From: Lama guanicoe
Taxonomy: Eukaryota
DNA length: 64,000 bases
Assembly (NCBI GenBank): GCA_013239625.1
Contig: MU053482.1
Coordinates: forward strand, 5,035,775-5,099,774
Direction of reading: 5' to 3'
Shown here: positions 1-13,020 of the stretch, piece by piece
How the letters are laid out: the number at the start of each line of letters is the position of its first letter
Position numbering within the stretch: the stretch's first letter is position 1
Notes under the pieces: model-generated
The model's database searches: none
What the model was told of the DNA's origin: nothing
What the model saw: the letters and a program-made list of their open reading frames with translations, nothing else
Translations under genes and position numbers: made by a program

Positions 1-2200
1 TTATTAGTACTCTGTTAGAAACTTTGTTCACATTGCTTACTTTTTTTCTTTCTGCCTCTCTTTTCCCTTTGAGTTTTCCCTTGGGAATATATTTCCAAAG
101 AAGAATTAAGGATCAAACATTTTATAGCTCTTGTTCCATGTCGTCAGACAGCCTGCAGAAATACTGGAGGAGTTTACGGAGCCCCCAGCAGTGGTTGAGC
201 ATGCCTGTTTCCAACAGCTCTGCCAGTATCGTTCTATCACTGTCTCTTACGCTGTTCTTAAAGGTATACGGTTATTTTGATTCCTATTTCTTAAATTATT
301 AGTGAGGTGGAACATTTTCCCATGTGTCGGTTTATCGTATACATTTCCAGGGGGCAAAGAGCAGGTACATAAAGTGCCTGGCCCGGGTTACTGCTGGTTA
401 ACGTTCTTTCCCTCTCTCCCTCTTTCTTTTCCCTCGCTAGCCATTGGTCAGATAGGGTGTCATTACTGATGACAGTGTGTTTATATCACAATATAAGACT
501 TCATTCCTATTTTGGATCGTAAATATCTATCCATTATATCTATTATAATTTAAAACTGTCTTTTGCTCCCTTTATATTTGTGTTGTTTTTATTAAAGAGA
601 CTTTAAAATATTTGAATCCACCTTCCTCTTCCTTCTAATACTATTTAGCTTGTCAATAGTCATGAAGTCATCTCTGTTGCAGCTGGGATAAATATGCTTT
701 AAAAAAATTCTCCCTGTGTTTAATTAGTTCACTGACCAATTTGGAAAATATTACCATATTTGGTAAGTTATGGATATAATCTACTTTTCTTCATATTGAT
801 ACCAGATTGTCCCACCAGCATTTATTCCATGGTGATTCTGTCATCCATTATGGTGATTCTTAGTTCTGTTTTTTTGTTCGTTTGCTGTATCTTAGGGACT
901 TTTATGTGCTTAAATTCATCTCTGGAATCACTATTTTATTAGAGTCTTTGTCCTGGCCTTGATCCAACAAAATTCAGTTTTGATGAAGATCACTTTATAA
1001 TATATCCTTAAATGTGAATATTACATCCTCCTCCAATCTTCTTTGGTATGATTGTGTATTTACTTATTAGTTTTTCCAGTGATTTGTCACATTCTGGGGC
1101 ATTCTAGCAGGAATTCAGTTGTTCTTATGTTCGTCTGTTTTTTGTTTTATGGGCGAATGATACTGATATTACCCTAAATTTTCCAAGTCAGGAGCAATGG
1201 CTCTAACTTTAGGTATTTCTTTATTTTTCTTCCCATTTTATAATTTTTACTTCATTAAGATAACTTATTTATCTAGATATGTAGAATCTTAAGTGTTCTA
1301 TTTTTTTCACTATTGGGACTAGAACCATTTTTTGTTGCTTTTTCTAGCTTTACATTTTTGGTACACACTTGGTGGATCTAGCATTTTCTATTTGCACTGT
1401 TATGTCATCTGCAAAAAAGTGATGTTTCTATTTCTGCCTTTCCTACACTTTATTCTCTATTTCTTTTTCATCTTGTCCTGCAGTCTTTTCTGCTGTTGCC
1501 TCCAATAGGCGCGCTGAGAGGAGCATCTTAGACTGCTGCCTGTGTTTGCAAAGTAAAGCCCCTGGGACTGCACTGTCCACTACAGTAGCTCCTAGCCGCT
1601 GGTGGCTGTTTAAATTCAAATAAACTCAAAATTAAGTAAGATTAAAAATTTGGTTTCTCAGTCGCATTAGCCACATTTAAGTGTGAGATAAACCATGTGT
1701 GACTAGTTGCTACTCTACTGGGCAGTGCAGGAAGACAGATTTCCATCGCTGCAGAAAGTGTGAATGGATAGCACCCATCTAGGATCTCCTCACTGGGAAT
1801 AATATTGAAACTCAGATTCAAATCTATCATCTTTTTAATTTTAAGGAATACATCCTCTCTTTAATGCTGAATGTTACTGATGGCCTTCTCAGCATCCACC
1901 AAAATAATTCTTACATTTAAAAGTAGATTTTTTTTCTGTCAAAGTGTTGAACCATCCTCATAATTTCCCCATGTAGTGCTAGTTCTGTGTTTGTAGGATA
2001 GCTCATATTGTTTGTTTTTGAAACATTTTCCCTTTCTGTTTGTAGGATATTATTTGTGATTTATTAAACCACATTCTTCACAACCTCCCTTCCTCACAGT
2101 GTTGTCCTCATCGGGTATTTTCAATCAAGATCTTACTTTCTAGCATGAATTGTATAACATAGTTTTGTCTGTATTTTGAAATCATTTATGTAACTGGTAT
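1..2200 (-). mobile_element. Heavily decayed ancient L1 (L1ME-type) ORF2 fragments
   Basis: T-rich sequence with antisense L1 ORF2 phrases, e.g. ttattagtgaggtggaacattttcccatgtgt, ttatgtcatctgcaaa, ttgaaccatcct. Interrupted by MER3. Confidence 0.65.
1568..1775 (-). mobile_element. MER3 (hAT-Charlie MITE)
   Basis: ctgcactgtcc...tagccacattt...atttccatcgctgcagaaagt matches the reverse complement of the MER3 consensus. Confidence 0.8.
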
Positions 2201-3099
2201 TTGAAAATTTATAGATGTTCCCCTGAGAACCCATGATGGATTTCTTTTAGAGATATGTGGAAGGGGCAGAAATTTCCCTAACAGTTCCTCTGATATGAAT
2301 CTATTCATATTTTAAACTTTTTATTCAACATAATTAGTTTAGCAAGCACTGTTGAATGTGAACTTCCTTTGAAACCCTAGGCAAAGTGTGGGATGACAAG
2401 GTGAACATGACAGTGACCATCAAAAAGAATGCGATTTTTCACATCCCCTCTTCACTGAATTCTTCAAGGCCTCCCCCCACCCTTCAGTGTCCCCCACTGG
2501 ACTCCCCACCAGGAATCGCCAGGCCAGGCTTCTCATCTCACCACCCCAGGACCCCTTCCCAACTCGGATTTTCTCTTGCAGGGAATGCCCTTCTCCTCTG
2601 CACCGCTCATTCACCCTGAGGACCCACCCAAAGTTCCGGTCTTTCTAATCTCCCCCGAGTGATTTCTTTCTGCGCTCATCTTAACGTATTCTTTGAATGT
2701 GTCATTCTTTTTGGCAAATAATTATCCATAGCCTTGTCATATTATCTAATTATCTTATGTGTTACTGTGTACATGTAATATGTCTAATATCCCTGTAGGG
2801 GTGGGAGTGGAGGGAGATTTCACATCTTCTGTTTCTTTTGATTAGCAGAGCCCAGGATGTAGCACTATGTATGTGGCTGACATTAAGAGATACTTATTGA
2901 ATAAATGTTTTGATAAATTAAGGATTCTCACTTAATTAGCAGGCGAAGCCAGTAAAATCTGTGGCCAAGGGCAGGTTTGATTAGCTTCAGTAAACTAGTA
3001 TAATCTACTAAGAGAAAAAGGCAAAGGAGTTTCTGTAAAGGAACATACACATCTTCCAAGTTTCTTAATTCAGTCGCTGTTTCCCCTTCACTCAAGAGA

Positions 3100-3960
3100 T
3101 AAGTTGTGTTCCTTCCCACGTGCTAGGTATGGGAGATATAGGATTGAACAAAATAAACATGGTCCCTGGCTTCATGGTGTTCATAGTCTAGTAGGGAGAT
3201 TGATATTAAGCCAGAAAAACAACATATACATAATTACACATTGTGCAAAGTGCTCTAAAGGAAAGAGAAGGACATGGACAATTAAAGTTAGTTTGGGTAG
3301 TTGATCAGGGCCATGGTCAGATTAGGAAGTAACGTTTAAGCTGAGAGCTGAAGGATGGGTCATTAGACAAGTGAAGCCAAGTAAAGAAGCCAGGCAGAGG
3401 GAACAGCATGTGCAAAGGCCCTGAGGTGTGAAAGAGCTGAGTGGATTCAAGAAACAAAGGCCAGTGTGTGACTAGGGCATGGTGAACAAGGGAGGAATTG
3501 ACATGTTGATGCAGACTGAGATCCAAAGGGCACTTATGGTCCAGGGTTGGGTATTTGGACTAATGTACATTTTAAGAGAACTTTCTAAGTCAGTACATGT
3601 GCCTGGTACTGCTCCAAGCAATATACATATGTTATCTTATTTAATACTGAGAACATCCATATGATGTAGATATTTTTAATATGCCCATTTTCCAGTTGAG
3701 GAAACCAAGGCCCAGAGATGTTAAGCAACTAGCCTGGAGTCACACAGAATGTTTGTGAAGGGGCCAGTATATAAACAGGTTGTCTTGAGCCTTCAGAGCC
3801 CAAATTCTGACCACTGGGTGCCCTTGCCACAAGGTCACTTGGCCACTGTGTGGCTGATGGAGTTGGGCATTGTAGGAGCAGGCAGATGAATTAGGGGGCT
3901 CTTTCAGCTGTCCACGTGAGAGGTTACGACTTGGACCAGGGGGGCTCTGTAATTTGGGAG
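3100..3960 (-). mobile_element. L2 3' region interrupted by a MIR (~3590-3800)
   Basis: L2 signature ccaggcagagggaacagcatgtgcaaaggccctgagg. MIR core cccattttccagttgaggaaaccaaggcccagagatgttaag. Confidence 0.8.
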
Positions 3961-5611
3961 AAATCAGTATTTTGGGATCAGGGCAAGAGGAGAGAAAGGG
4001 AAATATGGTATAAGGGAATAAATATATCTGATTTATTTAGATTTTTAAAAAGGCTCTGAAGTCTTGTTTTAAAGAATTTAGAAAAGAAACAAAGTAACCA
4101 AAGCATAGCATGAAAAGGAAATAAAAACAGGATCAGAAATGAAATGCAAATCAGACTAATAAAACAAATTTTTTTGTTTTGTTTTAATTGATACAGTGGA
4201 AAGAAAGAAAAGAAGTGAGGAAGGAAATATGATAATTATTATAAAAGAAATGTATATATCATTTGTGTGGAATATTATTTACAACTCCTTGCTAAATTAG
4301 CTAACCAAGCTGAAACAGATAACTGTTTAAGTCGAGTGAGATAATGAAATCGGTCAACAATTTATTGTCATGAGGTCTGACATGAGATCTGTTGCCTTCC
4401 GTGGGGCCCATCTTTCTTTTTTCCCCTCTTCTTTCCCTGTGTGTTGAAGTCTGTATGACTCTGTTCAAATCCCTTCCTGGGGAAGAAAAATAAAATTATC
4501 AACATGTATACCTGGTTATTTTAGCCCAAAATCAACAATTACCAGCAGGACTGATGACTTTGCAGTAGTGGAAGCAACGGTTACGTTATGTTCAGCATTT
4601 TCTGCTGAAGAGGACAGGGATGAGTTCAATCTGCTTTAGACATTTTTCTACAACAGGCACATTTTAAAAAAGCAGGTTTTGGACCATAAAAGCATAAAAA
4701 TCATCTAGAAACTTTTATCATGTGGATTATCAAGTAGGCTGAATAAAATTAGAAGGAAGCATCTGTGGGCAAGTCTACGTTGTAAACTTTTAGATAAAAA
4801 CCTCAAATACAGCTGCTGTGTTACTTTTATTTTCTTGAGACAAGGTGAATGATAGTGGTGAGAAGTCAGTTACCACCAGGTTCTCCAGCTGAGGCGGGAG
4901 GAAAGCTGTTTCTGGTTTCCAGCGAGCAGGACTGTGCCTGTCGAGGTGTGTGCCCCAGCAGCTCCGACAGGGCAGGGCGGGAGCAGGTAGAACTCCGGAG
5001 GGCGGCTGCTCCAAGCCTCCCTCATCCCGGGAGCAGTCTTCCTAGCTGTGGAAAACTTAACACCTGGGTCAGGGCTCACGACCGGCCTGTGGGGCCTCCC
5101 CTAGAGAGGGAGCAGCCCTTGTATCTGGTACCAGTTGCTTTCTATGAGGGCGCCTGGGAGACTTGCAGAATATTGGCAGAAGGTGAGCAGAGAAGTTGGG
5201 CAAAAAATGGAATCCTGAGCCACATGCACCAGGCATCACTAGATTACGATGCTTTAGGAAAGCAGTCTTGCTTTCGTATATCAGGTTCAGGCCTCTCCAG
5301 TTTCCTTTTCTGTACAGAGTCCCACTTGTGAAGGAAAGGAAGGTAAGCAGAAGGAAGACGAGAAGCAGCAGAGAGGATGGACAACTAGATGCTAAGAGCA
5401 GGCCATTCAGTCATTCCTTCATGCACTCACGTGTGTATTCGACACGACAAAGCCAGGACAGAGGGAGCTCCTGAGAACTGAGATGGCCAAGGTACCATCC
5501 GAGGCACCTTTTCAGGATAGTCCATGTTCACAGATACTGGTATGTGCAGATATTATATGCACAGTCCCTGGCATCGCATCTGGCACATTTGGTACTTAGC
5601 AAGCCCTGGCT

Positions 5612-5647
5612 GTCATCACATCACCATCACCATCACCATCATCATTA
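5612..5647. repeat. (CAT/CAC)n simple repeat at the end of a MIR-like fragment
   Basis: tcatcacatcaccatcaccatcaccatcatcatta, seen directly. Confidence 0.85.
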
Positions 5648-6130
5648 CGAAAGTGTGAGATCCTTGAGGACAGACAAGTTGTTCTTACATTTTAGAATCC
5701 CTGGGTTGGCAAAGAGTCTGATGCAGAGGTCAGACTCCAGGAACATATGTTGACCTGTTGACTAACTGAAGGGAGACATTTTTGAGCACCTACTTCATGC
5801 TGGCACCTTTAAAAGGCACAATGGAAGCTTCTGAGACTGACCTTTGACCTAAAACGAGATGGGGCATTAATTTAAAAGGTTGCAAATTGAAAAGTCAATA
5901 TAGGGGTAGCATTTGTTAAGTGCCAAGTGAATAAAAACAGAAGGAGCTTCAGGAATTTGAGGGAGGACTAAATTCTGTGAGCTGGTAGGGAGAGAATGAT
6001 ATGTATTCATCCAGAACCTAATCAGGTTCCTAGTCTTAAAAAAAAAAAAGTGCTGGCCCTTTAACCCTTTGGCAGTGGTAATGGGGAGGAAAAACCCTTC
6101 CCCAAGGCATGAGTTTGCAGACCTCTTATT

Positions 6131-7540
6131 CAGTTGTGTGCTGGTAAATATTTAACAACCAGCTCTCCAGAAAAAGCATCTGTTTGAGTGCGTATATATA
6201 TTTAAGTCTTACTGATACGCAGGATCTGCAGTACATACAGGATTCACAAACAACAGTAATACTCTTTCTTGTAAATTCCATGAGCCAGTTGATTCCCACA
6301 GAATATTTTTGTTGACTTTTCTGTTGTGTTCTCCATAGCTTGCCTAGGGTTGCAGTTCAACCGTGATTTGACTCATGGAATTTCATCCCGGTCCACCAAC
6401 TCTTCTCTGTGCGTTTGTTGTCATTAACTCGAATATGTGATTCACTAAACTATTTCTCACCCTTGTGCAATGGTTCAACCTGCGATTTTGCAGCTTAACA
6501 GTGGTGTGAAAATTGTACACATCCAGTAGAAACCATCTTCAAATGTTGAATTCTGCTGTTTTCCTGGGCTGGTGATGGGCGGTACAGTGCTCTCATGATG
6601 CTGGGCAGCGCGGCAGCCGCAGCTCCGTCAGCCGCTTGACCACGAGGGTGAACCACCCACATGCTCACAACTGTCCTGTGCCCGTACAGCACAATGGTTT
6701 TCACTGACAGTGCAGTGTTCAATCAGTTACAGGAGATATTCTTATAAAATAGCCTTCATATTAGATGAGTTTGCACACCTGTAGGCTAAGGTAAGTGTTC
6801 TGAGCACATTTAAGGAAGGCTAGGCTAAGCTAGGATGTGTGATAGATTAGGTGTATTGAATGCATTTTCAACTTTCAGTATTTTTCACTTAACAGTGGGT
6901 TTATCAGGATGTAACCTCATCAAAAGTCAAGGATGATCTGTATTATATTCATTAAACTGAAACCCCTCTCAGCTTCAGCATTACAGAAGTCAGAGCTTAC
7001 TCGGTCACCAACATCAACACCTTCTTTGCTGAATCAGATAATTGTTTTCAAATATGAGGGTAGTATTTTCCTCTTTTTTTTTTTTGTACTATTCATGCTG
7101 TAATGACTACAGACATGACTCACTTTTAAGTTTAATCTGCATTATTGGTGTTTTTTCCATCACTTTCTTAACTGTAGATAATCAACAAAACAAGAAACCA
7201 AGCTCTGACTTGCAGTGTTTGCTATTTGTCTACTTGTAGTGTGTCAGTACCACCCCCATGGTGGCCAGTTTTGTGATATCCTTGAACGTGGGCTTGGGGA
7301 GAGATACAGAATATAGCGCACCATCGTGCGGCTCTCCCACCACGTAGAGCCTGTAAATGTAAGTAATCCCAAGATAACAGAATAAGTGATGAGTTTTGAG
7401 TATTGATTATCCTTATTTTTAAGCATAATTTATTTAATGACAGGTACTTATTTGAATTTTAATAATGGCTGTTTTTAACAATGGGCTCCTGACGGTGTAA
7501 TGATGGAAAGTTGATAGAAGCCAGCTCCAACAGACCCCCT
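6131..7540 (-). mobile_element. MER63-family hAT-Blackjack DNA transposon, split by a Tigger4 insertion
   Basis: Left end cagttgtgtgctggtaaatatttaacaaccagctc. Internal tttaagtttaatctgcattatt and gtgatgagttttgagtatt. Right end gccagctccaacagaccc. Confidence 0.7.
6468..6942 (-). mobile_element. Tigger4 (Zombi)-family TcMar element nested in MER63
   Basis: tgtaggctaaggtaagtgttctgagcacatttaaggaaggctaggctaagcta...gggtttatcaggatgtaacc...gatctg followed by TA. Confidence 0.8.
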
Positions 7541-10500
7541 ACCCCTACTCCTAATGAGGGTGGACGCCTCCTCTCTGGGGAGGAGCTCTGTACTTGTCTT
7601 TGCCTTCCCCTTCCCAGGCATACAGGCCGTTGTCGCTCACGCCCTCTCCAGCAGGGAAACTCACAGAGAGGCTCATTTCTTTCCAGAATCTGATACCAGG
7701 CATGCGATGGGGTGGGGTTTGACATGGATCTTGCCTAAGCCTATGCCTCACGCTGATGTTGACGTTTAATGCAGCCGCTCACAACTTCACAGCTTATACT
7801 CATTTCCATGATCTCTTTCTTTAAAGATAAACACAGAAAGAAGGGCCTTGGAGGAAGGTTGCAAATGGAGCACTGGGGCTGTCAGGTTAGTTGCCCTCCA
7901 GTGTTCTGCACAACCGGCTCCTGACCTGCTTCCTGAAAGAGACCCAACCCTGCCCGACAGGTTAGAGAAGTTTGCGACCTTCTTTTCTGCCGCAGGAGCA
8001 GAGAGACAAGATTCCTGATATCAGAAGCACAAGTTTTTATCAGCAAAGCAAATTTTTATTGAGAAATCAGACAAAAATAAGCTCCACCCTCAACCTTCTT
8101 TTCCTTTCTTAAGCAATGTCCCTTTCACACAGATGTGGAGAAACTACCACGTGGGGGGCGCAAATAACCTGCCTGCTCCTCCCCCGGGGCTGACTCCCAG
8201 CAGTTTGTTTTGGTACTGGTTGGCAAATCGTGGTTTCCACCAGTGCCCCCAACCCTGCACGGGCAAGCTTGCCCCTCCCCAGGCCCTGCTGGACCCTCCC
8301 ACAATCTGGCACCAGCAGGCACCCCTACATCTGCTCCCACGCTGACTGGACAGTGCCTGGACATGGCCCAGTGTTAAGTATTCTGACTATCATTCCCATC
8401 CGTAGCCTCTTGATCACGGAGTTTGAGCCACAAAACACCCTGTGTGCTCACTCCCCACCTCCAGATCTGAGCCAGAAGAACTCAGCAGCTTAGAATCGGG
8501 AGAGGCCCCTTCACTGATGTGCCTGCCCCACCTTTCCCATCCCTGGCTGGTTCACAGGTGGCGTCACTCATCTATCCCCACATCCTAGTTCCTTTAAAAC
8601 CCTGTGAGCTCTCACTTGCCCCGACAGGCTCCCATCCCTGCTCAGGCTGTGGCCTTACCATCTATCAGACCTTCCAAATGCTGACCCTCTACCCAGCTGG
8701 CTGGGCCTTATCATGCTTGACCCTGAGGCTAATGCCACCAGATGTCCCACCTTACTCTCTACCTACTTGTTACGCAACTTGTGCCGTCAGCATTGAGTCA
8801 CAGTGCCTCTCTTGCCCTGGGGGACTTTTTCCTCTTGTGCTGTGGGTCCAAACCTGAGCACTCATCCCAACCCTGCAGTCGTTGGAAATTCCCAGCTTTC
8901 CTTGTTCTGACTATGGCTCTGGTCCAACAGTGGGTAAGGGTACAAGTTAACATCGGGGTCTCCTAGCCATCTGACCAAACTCATAAAAGAGATGGAAACT
9001 ATTTCTCCAAAGGGAAAGGGCTTTGCAAAGGACTTGCAATGTGATCGATAACCCATCATAGAATCATAATAAAATCATATTTTCATTTAACATGAAAGGC
9101 TTCCTACTGTGCTTTGAATTGTGAAATTACTACTACAGTTGAGGAATGATGAAGTCATGGGGTTTTTTCTCCCCCTCATTTTCTTTCTGGCCTGTTGTCC
9201 GAAAAACATTACCCACAGCTGTTTAAGAATGTATATTAAAAGTGAATTCCAATAAAAGGCCTATTAATTACATTATTCAGCCTGGTTCAGTAACTTCTTT
9301 AAAAATAACATGCATGTTTAGGACAGGAGTGTTTTCCAGTTGTCATTTCATGAGATAAATATGTTGGGAAATGAAGAGAGTATAAATAGACGTGAAAGTC
9401 ACTTTATCTAATTGAAGATGAATGCTGAGTTTTGGGAGCTGTGGCAGAATTGAGTCCTGGTTGAAACTTGCCTCGAAAGAGATTTATGATCGTGGGATAT
9501 GAAGCTTCGTCTCCCAAGGGCTCCCCTGGTGACCATTAACTCCTTCAGCTCAGTACTGTCTTTGTGCACGCAGAGGAGGCAGCTCGTGAGGTGGACGGGG
9601 GTGGGGGGGAGAAGAAAGAATGCAGCAGTTTGCCAAGTCAACAAAAAATAAACTCAACAACAACAGAACCACTGCTTCATCTGGGCCGGTGGAATTTAAA
9701 GTGGGTTTGACAAACCAAGAGCCGCGTTCTGTCATGTATGTATTATGCCACGTGGCCGTCCCTAGGGCTTTTATGTCTTCCTTTTCTATGTATGTCACTT
9801 TCCAGATTTTCCAGAATGCTTTTTAAAGGGACAATTAGTAGTCATCCCAGCACCGTTGACTTTAGACATCATAGTTGGAGCCTGACAGAGCCGTAGTGTT
9901 TGAATTCATGTTCTGCCTTGACCCCTGAAAGCCTTTTTCCAGAAAACCGACTGCGTAGGTCTGATCTGCGATGACACAGATTAGAAGGAGATCGTGGCTA
10001 GAAATGAGGGTTCTGTTGTGGCCGTGATACTGGAGGATGCTTCTCTAATGGGATGCTGCAGTACTGGGTGGCTTTAAACATTTTTGTATTAAATCGAATT
10101 GTTTTGATGACTTTTCATTCCCTTAGAGGTTGCTGGGGGAAAGCTAGCGTTCTTAATGACTGACTGGAAGAATCAAGTGCACTTGAACCTCTAGGTCAAA
10201 TGCTGAATTCCTCCTGCAGGTGGAAATGCTGCACCTTACAAGGAAGGCCGAGTCTCATTTTTGTGATGACCTTCCCCGTTTGAAACTTTCCCGGAATCCC
10301 TTATCATCAGCTCCCCACCCAAAGGATGAAAAACACCATCTGATTTCCAATTTTCCCATCTCTCACTGGAGTTTGCAACTTTCTTGAATAACAGATGGCC
10401 AGAAAATGTGTAAGCCCAAATAAAAGCAAAGCACGGGCTTCACTGTGTCTTCTCCAGTGTCATTTGCTTTTTAAAATTAAAATTATGTAAATGATCCCTT

Positions 10501-10579
10501 GGCTTGAAGTAGGAGAATCAGAAATGAAGGAAACAACCCCAGCACTTGAGAGCATTTTAGTTTGGGTTGTGTGTAGGGC

Positions 10580-10599
10580 TTTTTTTTTTTTTTTTTTTT
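10580..10599. repeat. Poly-T tract (20 nt)
   Basis: Seen directly. Confidence 0.95.
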
Positions 10600-10899
10600 A
10601 AACTTTTTATTTTTCCTTTTAAAGAGAAAGAGGCATTTGGTAGACGCATTTTGCAAGTTGCTCATTCACAAAGCTCGCCGAGCTTCACCAGCAGCTAGCC
10701 TAGAATATTAGGCTCGGCAGGGCTCTTAGAGGCCTTTGTTTTAATTGACTTGAAGAGGGAGGAAAAAATTCCGGAGGAAAAGACCAAAGGAAGGCCCGGC
10801 CCCTCTGGGTTTGGCATCTTTCTTACCTCAAGGAGTTAAAAGTCTGGGGCTGAGCGTGATCAACCAGATGGTCTTTAGCAGTAACATGGTTCATATTGT

Positions 10900-11530
10900 T
10901 TAGATTATCCTCTTGCAAGTACCGTGCCTCGTTTACCTTTTATGGAATAAAGTGTGGAAAATTGACCACAGATGTAAGTAACCAAGAATGACGGGGAAGC
11001 TGTTGTTACCAGGCCTCCTCTTTTCTCTCCAACACGCCTGATCCCCCAGATAAAAATAGAGAAGTGGGAGGCGGGCCGAGCAAGAGCTGGCCTTACCTCC
11101 CCGGCTCGGGTCTGAGCAGCCATCAGCCCTGTGCTTTGCGTTTCCATAAACCCACGGTTGGCCTCGAGACTCATGTGCAGGCTTCCCTCCCATCCTGACT
11201 TTCCAAGTGCCCTCTAGTTAAAGTATCATACCACGTAAGCAGTTTTTCCATCCTGTTTGGAAAGGCAGGGGGGCAAGGCCAGCACACTGACAGGGAGCAG
11301 TTCTCTGTCCCCCAGAGGGGAGGTGTGAGTGGCATTTTGCAGCCTGAGGAGCGAGGATAAATTCTGCATTCCCGTTGCTTTGATTGCAATCTCGGCTGCG
11401 GGCTGGGCTGCATTAATTAGAAGTAGGCTCTTGTTATTCCCGAGAATGGATTTCTGAGCTTGACAGCAGAGCTGACTACCCAGAACGGGCTCGGCTAGGA
11501 AGGAGCTTGTTGAGGCAGGCCTGTGTTTTC
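10900..11530. promoter_or_regulatory. Candidate intronic enhancer
   Basis: CArG ccttttatgg at 10936-10945 plus RUNX, E-box, TEAD, TCF and homeodomain motifs in a repeat-poor stretch. Motif evidence only. Confidence 0.35.
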
Positions 11531-12049
11531 CTCTACGGCATGCTTTTTAGGATTAGAAAGGCATTTGTGCCTTTTTAAACCCTCGGAGGAATAGTCTCCC
11601 ACCAAAGTCATAAACTAGGCTTTATGAAGTTCCTTTGTTTCCTCTTGCCCACCTTCCTCCATTCTGCGCACCACTGCCAGGGCCACGCTGGCCTTCGCCT
11701 CTTGTCCTTCTCTGCAGTGCTTGTTGCCTTCGCTGTGGCTATGGCCACACCAGGTGGCTGGACTTCAGCATTTACAGATCAGCTGGAGGCAGAAGGGCCA
11801 AAATGACCCTCTCGGGCCACGCCAGGCCTCTGCAAAATGATTGTGGCTCCTCAGGGTAGGCCCCTGGGTTGCCTTCCCTTTATGTGGGGCCACCACGACG
11901 CGGAGCCCCACTCCGCTGCTTGGTGGTGTTTCTGTCTTCTCATTCCCATCCAGTTCAGCGCCCCTTTCTCCTGCCAGGCTCCTCTATTCACCCCTGCCGC
12001 CAGACTCTCCCTCTGAAGTCCTGGCTCTGCTGCCAAGAAACTCCCCAGT

Positions 12050-13020
12050 ATCAGACATCGTTAACCCATTTCTCAGACGCTTTCCTGGAAACCCTGGCCT
12101 GTCTCCGGGACATGGCTTTCTTCCTGAGTGCCTTGGTTTTCCATGCACACTTGTAGCTCACTGTCCTCCATGACTCCTTTGAAACCTCCCTTCCTTTTAG
12201 GCTGAGGTGCCTGGTTAGCCCAGTCCCATCTGTTATGAATTCCTGGGAGCGTCTCACTCACCAAGGATTTTGGCACTTGGAGTCGTCCGTACAGCCACCT
12301 TCTCACCGACCTGTCCCCCGGCCTTGGCACTCCCCTGTCTTCTCTGCATCCATGGCTGCTTCATCCACTCCACCTCGTGACTTTACTCCCATGCCTGGAA
12401 TCATGAGCACTTGCCCTCTGAGCTTCCCTGCCCTACCACCTTCCATGTCACCATCTCTTCTACTCCGTAATTCTCAGGAGGATGTGCTCTCCAACCTCTA
12501 GCTCCCGACCCTCTGTTCTCCCAGACCCTCAGCCACCCACACCCCAGCCTGGTCAGTTGTAGATTATTTCGGCCATGTTCTCCAGCATCCTCGGTTTTCC
12601 CCATCTCCACCTCAACTCCCTTTGTTCTCTCACTGCTCCCACTGTGCAATCCCCAGTCTCAATCCACTCACGAGGCCTTTTTGCTGAGCCTGCCACAGGC
12701 CTGCTAAGAGTTGCTAGGGATAATCACATAATCTGTCTAAATGACTTGGGACAAACCCCTAGGTCTAACATCACCTCAACCCTCAGTGCCACCCCCATCC
12801 CTTCTCAATCAGCTCCTTTTCTTCCTTTATTCAGCAAATGTCTTGAAAATGCATCTACAGCACCGCGTTTTCACCGTTTCTAATCATGCATCAAACTGCA
12901 ATCCAGCTTCTGCTCCTGTTGAAATTGCTCCAGCAAAGGTTACCCATGACCTCCTGACTTCCAAATTTTGTTTCTTTGTCTCTCGTGATCTCTCTTCAAC
13001 TGTCTGCTTCTTCAGAGCAC
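12050..13020 (+). mobile_element. L2 internal ORF2 (endonuclease to RT) remnant
   Basis: C/T-rich. Translation EIAPAKVTHDLL...RDLSS resembles the L2 RT ETALAKVTNDLL...LDLSAAF motif. The left boundary is uncertain. Confidence 0.6.

Noticed and set aside
4849..5331. 160-aa ORF in a GC-rich patch
   Set aside because: There is no recognisable homology or exon structure. Open frames of this length are common in GC-rich DNA.
5544..5753. ORF with a poly-His run
   Set aside because: It is a translation of the (CAT/CAC)n simple repeat.
10580..10620. Poly-T plus aactttttatt as another L1 micro-insertion
   Set aside because: It loosely resembles the young L1 tail, but I found no TSD and no unique L1 sequence.
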